Shown here: positions 17,801 through 17,966 of the stretch, in pieces
How the letters are laid out: each line of letters begins with the position of its first letter
Position numbering within the stretch: position 1 is the first letter of the stretch
Source of the DNA: Promethearchaeia archaeon
GTDB lineage: Archaea; Asgardarchaeota; Lokiarchaeia; Sigyniarchaeales; SOKP01
Reading direction: 5' to 3'
Length of the DNA stretch: 17,966 nt
Assembly (NCBI GenBank): GCA_046497275.1
Contig: JAWOFX010000027.1
Location: 1-17,966 of the forward strand
The notes under the pieces: model-generated
The model's database searches: none
What the model was told of the DNA's origin: nothing
Seen by the model: only the letters and a program-made list of their open reading frames with translations
Made by a program: the position numbers and the translations under genes

Positions 17801-17966
17801 TTAATATCTCATCTCCAACTTTCAAATTCCCCGCTTTAATTTCATTAATTTTAGATAAATTCTCAATTTTAGGTATAATATGATTGGAAGTACATTGAAC
17901 TTTTCTACCATCAGATAAAGTGATTTCAAGGTATTCCTTAGCTTTTCGAGTGGTTAATCCAACAAT
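14862..17966 (-). CDS. polB1: Family B DNA polymerase, PolB1 type, 5' partial, containing two inteins
   Basis: The frame stays open to the window edge. Exteins SYGVFG...PVAESTT...YGD|TDSVF, KKNY, IKGLLAKKRNTPEFIK, TPQHI and EQVLDALG match crenarchaeal-type PolB1. C-terminal PIP-box-like KKMDAFF. Confidence 0.95.
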   Translation of the reverse strand: MVGLTTRKAKEYLEITLSDGRKVQCTSNHIIPKIENLSKINEIKAGNLKVGDEILIFHKNPLNNNPPKKIFIPNYIPTNNLWVSLERKEYKKYSYRTNESKDNPIINLINSKFKYSKVSKIYKCLWDELETSEKKLIEKESINYDLHFSVKYGEESGKWIFCFLDLTIEFFGLLGWYIAEGSIDKNRISITQKKKLHPKRYNYIISLLKSLEYPFTYDNKKNIRINSKVLKQLFIRFCSKGAANKKIPLELLDYKRAKFLLKNYYLGDGNLKKGKWIRYSTKSKQLKNDLVYLIGALDGYCSVVNPKKPTDIYRIIQTEGRKYRRKAHGLVNFNGTTPVRIKDIKKIVKEIKVYDIETANGWFIATNGIVVHNSYGVFGSRNFPLFCLPVAESTTGIGQYSIKKTIEKAESMGVDVLYGDSVIGSRCVVIKENELIDVTPIEEVWHNCSASIQIINGKEIKEPISMYTLSKNGKWQKIKQIIRHKTNKDIYRVNQKNGETICTEDHSLITEDYQPIKLEEIENKKILFLNETPYEPSILNETIDLYPLVKHYHYYSQYKGKKKLNKWNADENYIWFGWTNRKDQKKIHRYCNLSDLCKILGIYIADGHSSIHKSKYGYKSGAGISSHDISFLNEIKKIIKHIDYNHTISIIRTSKGIRKIQGYEYEDKTHKIQMNSTTWMAFFRSLCGAGSKNKHLPSFIFNVKKKFQKFLYQYYLIGDGSVEQGKNAFTTKSLRLVSGLCYLLKSWKIDTSIYYYKKRDVYRIRERERAIDSMHPIKTKLSKLPTKERYVYDLSVENTEMFIDACGMILLHNTDSVFLANPSEEQLNKISEWSKKELDLDLEEEKTYQFLALSERKKNYIGIYKDSKYPDIKGLLAKKRNTPEFIKTIFAELIEILKQITNDDEFKEKRDQIVTIVRENLRKIGKEGAFDLSDYAINTAITKNLNKYKVTPQHIAAALELREITGKEYQKGEMISFVKTKTSNGAKATEIAKLQDIDVKKYRELLKSALEQVLDALGITWQEIKGIKKMDAFF
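15528..16706 (-). mobile_element. Intein (393 aa) with LAGLIDADG homing endonuclease at the motif-C site YGD|TDS
   Basis: Starts with Ser (SVIGSRCV). Block B CTEDH, endonuclease blocks ILGIYIADG and YYLIGDG, block H FTTKS. Block F/G YVYDLSVE...LLHN, with +1 Thr. Confidence 0.95.
16848..17966 (-). mobile_element. Intein with LAGLIDADG homing endonuclease in motif B, N-terminus outside the window
   Basis: Block B CTSNH near the window edge. LLGWYIAEG and YYLGDG endonuclease blocks, YSTKSKQL. Block F/G VYDIETANGWFIATNGIVVHN, with +1 Ser (SYGVFG). Confidence 0.93.

Noticed and set aside
17823-17825. TTG at 17825 as the start of the polymerase ORF
   Set aside because: The frame is open for 47 more codons to the window edge and includes intein block B (CTSNH), so the gene starts upstream of the window.
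1-17966. CRISPR array, tRNA, rRNA or IS element
   Set aside because: No regularly spaced repeats, GC-rich structured RNA segments or transposase motifs were seen. A covariance-model search would be needed to exclude small ncRNAs.

Overview
AT-rich archaeal chromosomal window, most consistent with an Asgard (Lokiarchaeia-like) genome. This is inferred from the gene mix of PolB1, Alba, ACDS subunits and a Tes homolog, plus GGTGA/GAGGT ribosome-binding sites. In order it carries: the 3' end of an enoyl-CoA hydratase, Alba, a CooT-like Ni chaperone, a stand-alone 7TM protein and a two-gene cdhB-cdhC unit with no cdhA/D/E. Next is a patch of small uncharacterised genes: an uncalled CxxC reading frame with in-frame stops, and two tandem paralogous microproteins built from four copies of one ~30-aa motif. 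Then come a 2x HeH/Rho-N + SWIM + OB-like protein, pncB and several hypotheticals. A tetraether-lipid synthase (Tes/GDGT-MAS) gene follows, preceded by a perfect palindrome and followed by a coupled small ORF and a phytol/dolichol-kinase-like gene. The window ends in the 3' part of a PolB1 gene interrupted by two LAGLIDADG inteins only 47 residues apart. No rRNA, tRNA, CRISPR array or transposase was seen. The best candidates for undescribed biology are the repeat-microprotein pair, the Tes-associated lipid cluster with its putative operator, the intein at an apparently shifted motif-B site, and the amber-interrupted CxxC frame.
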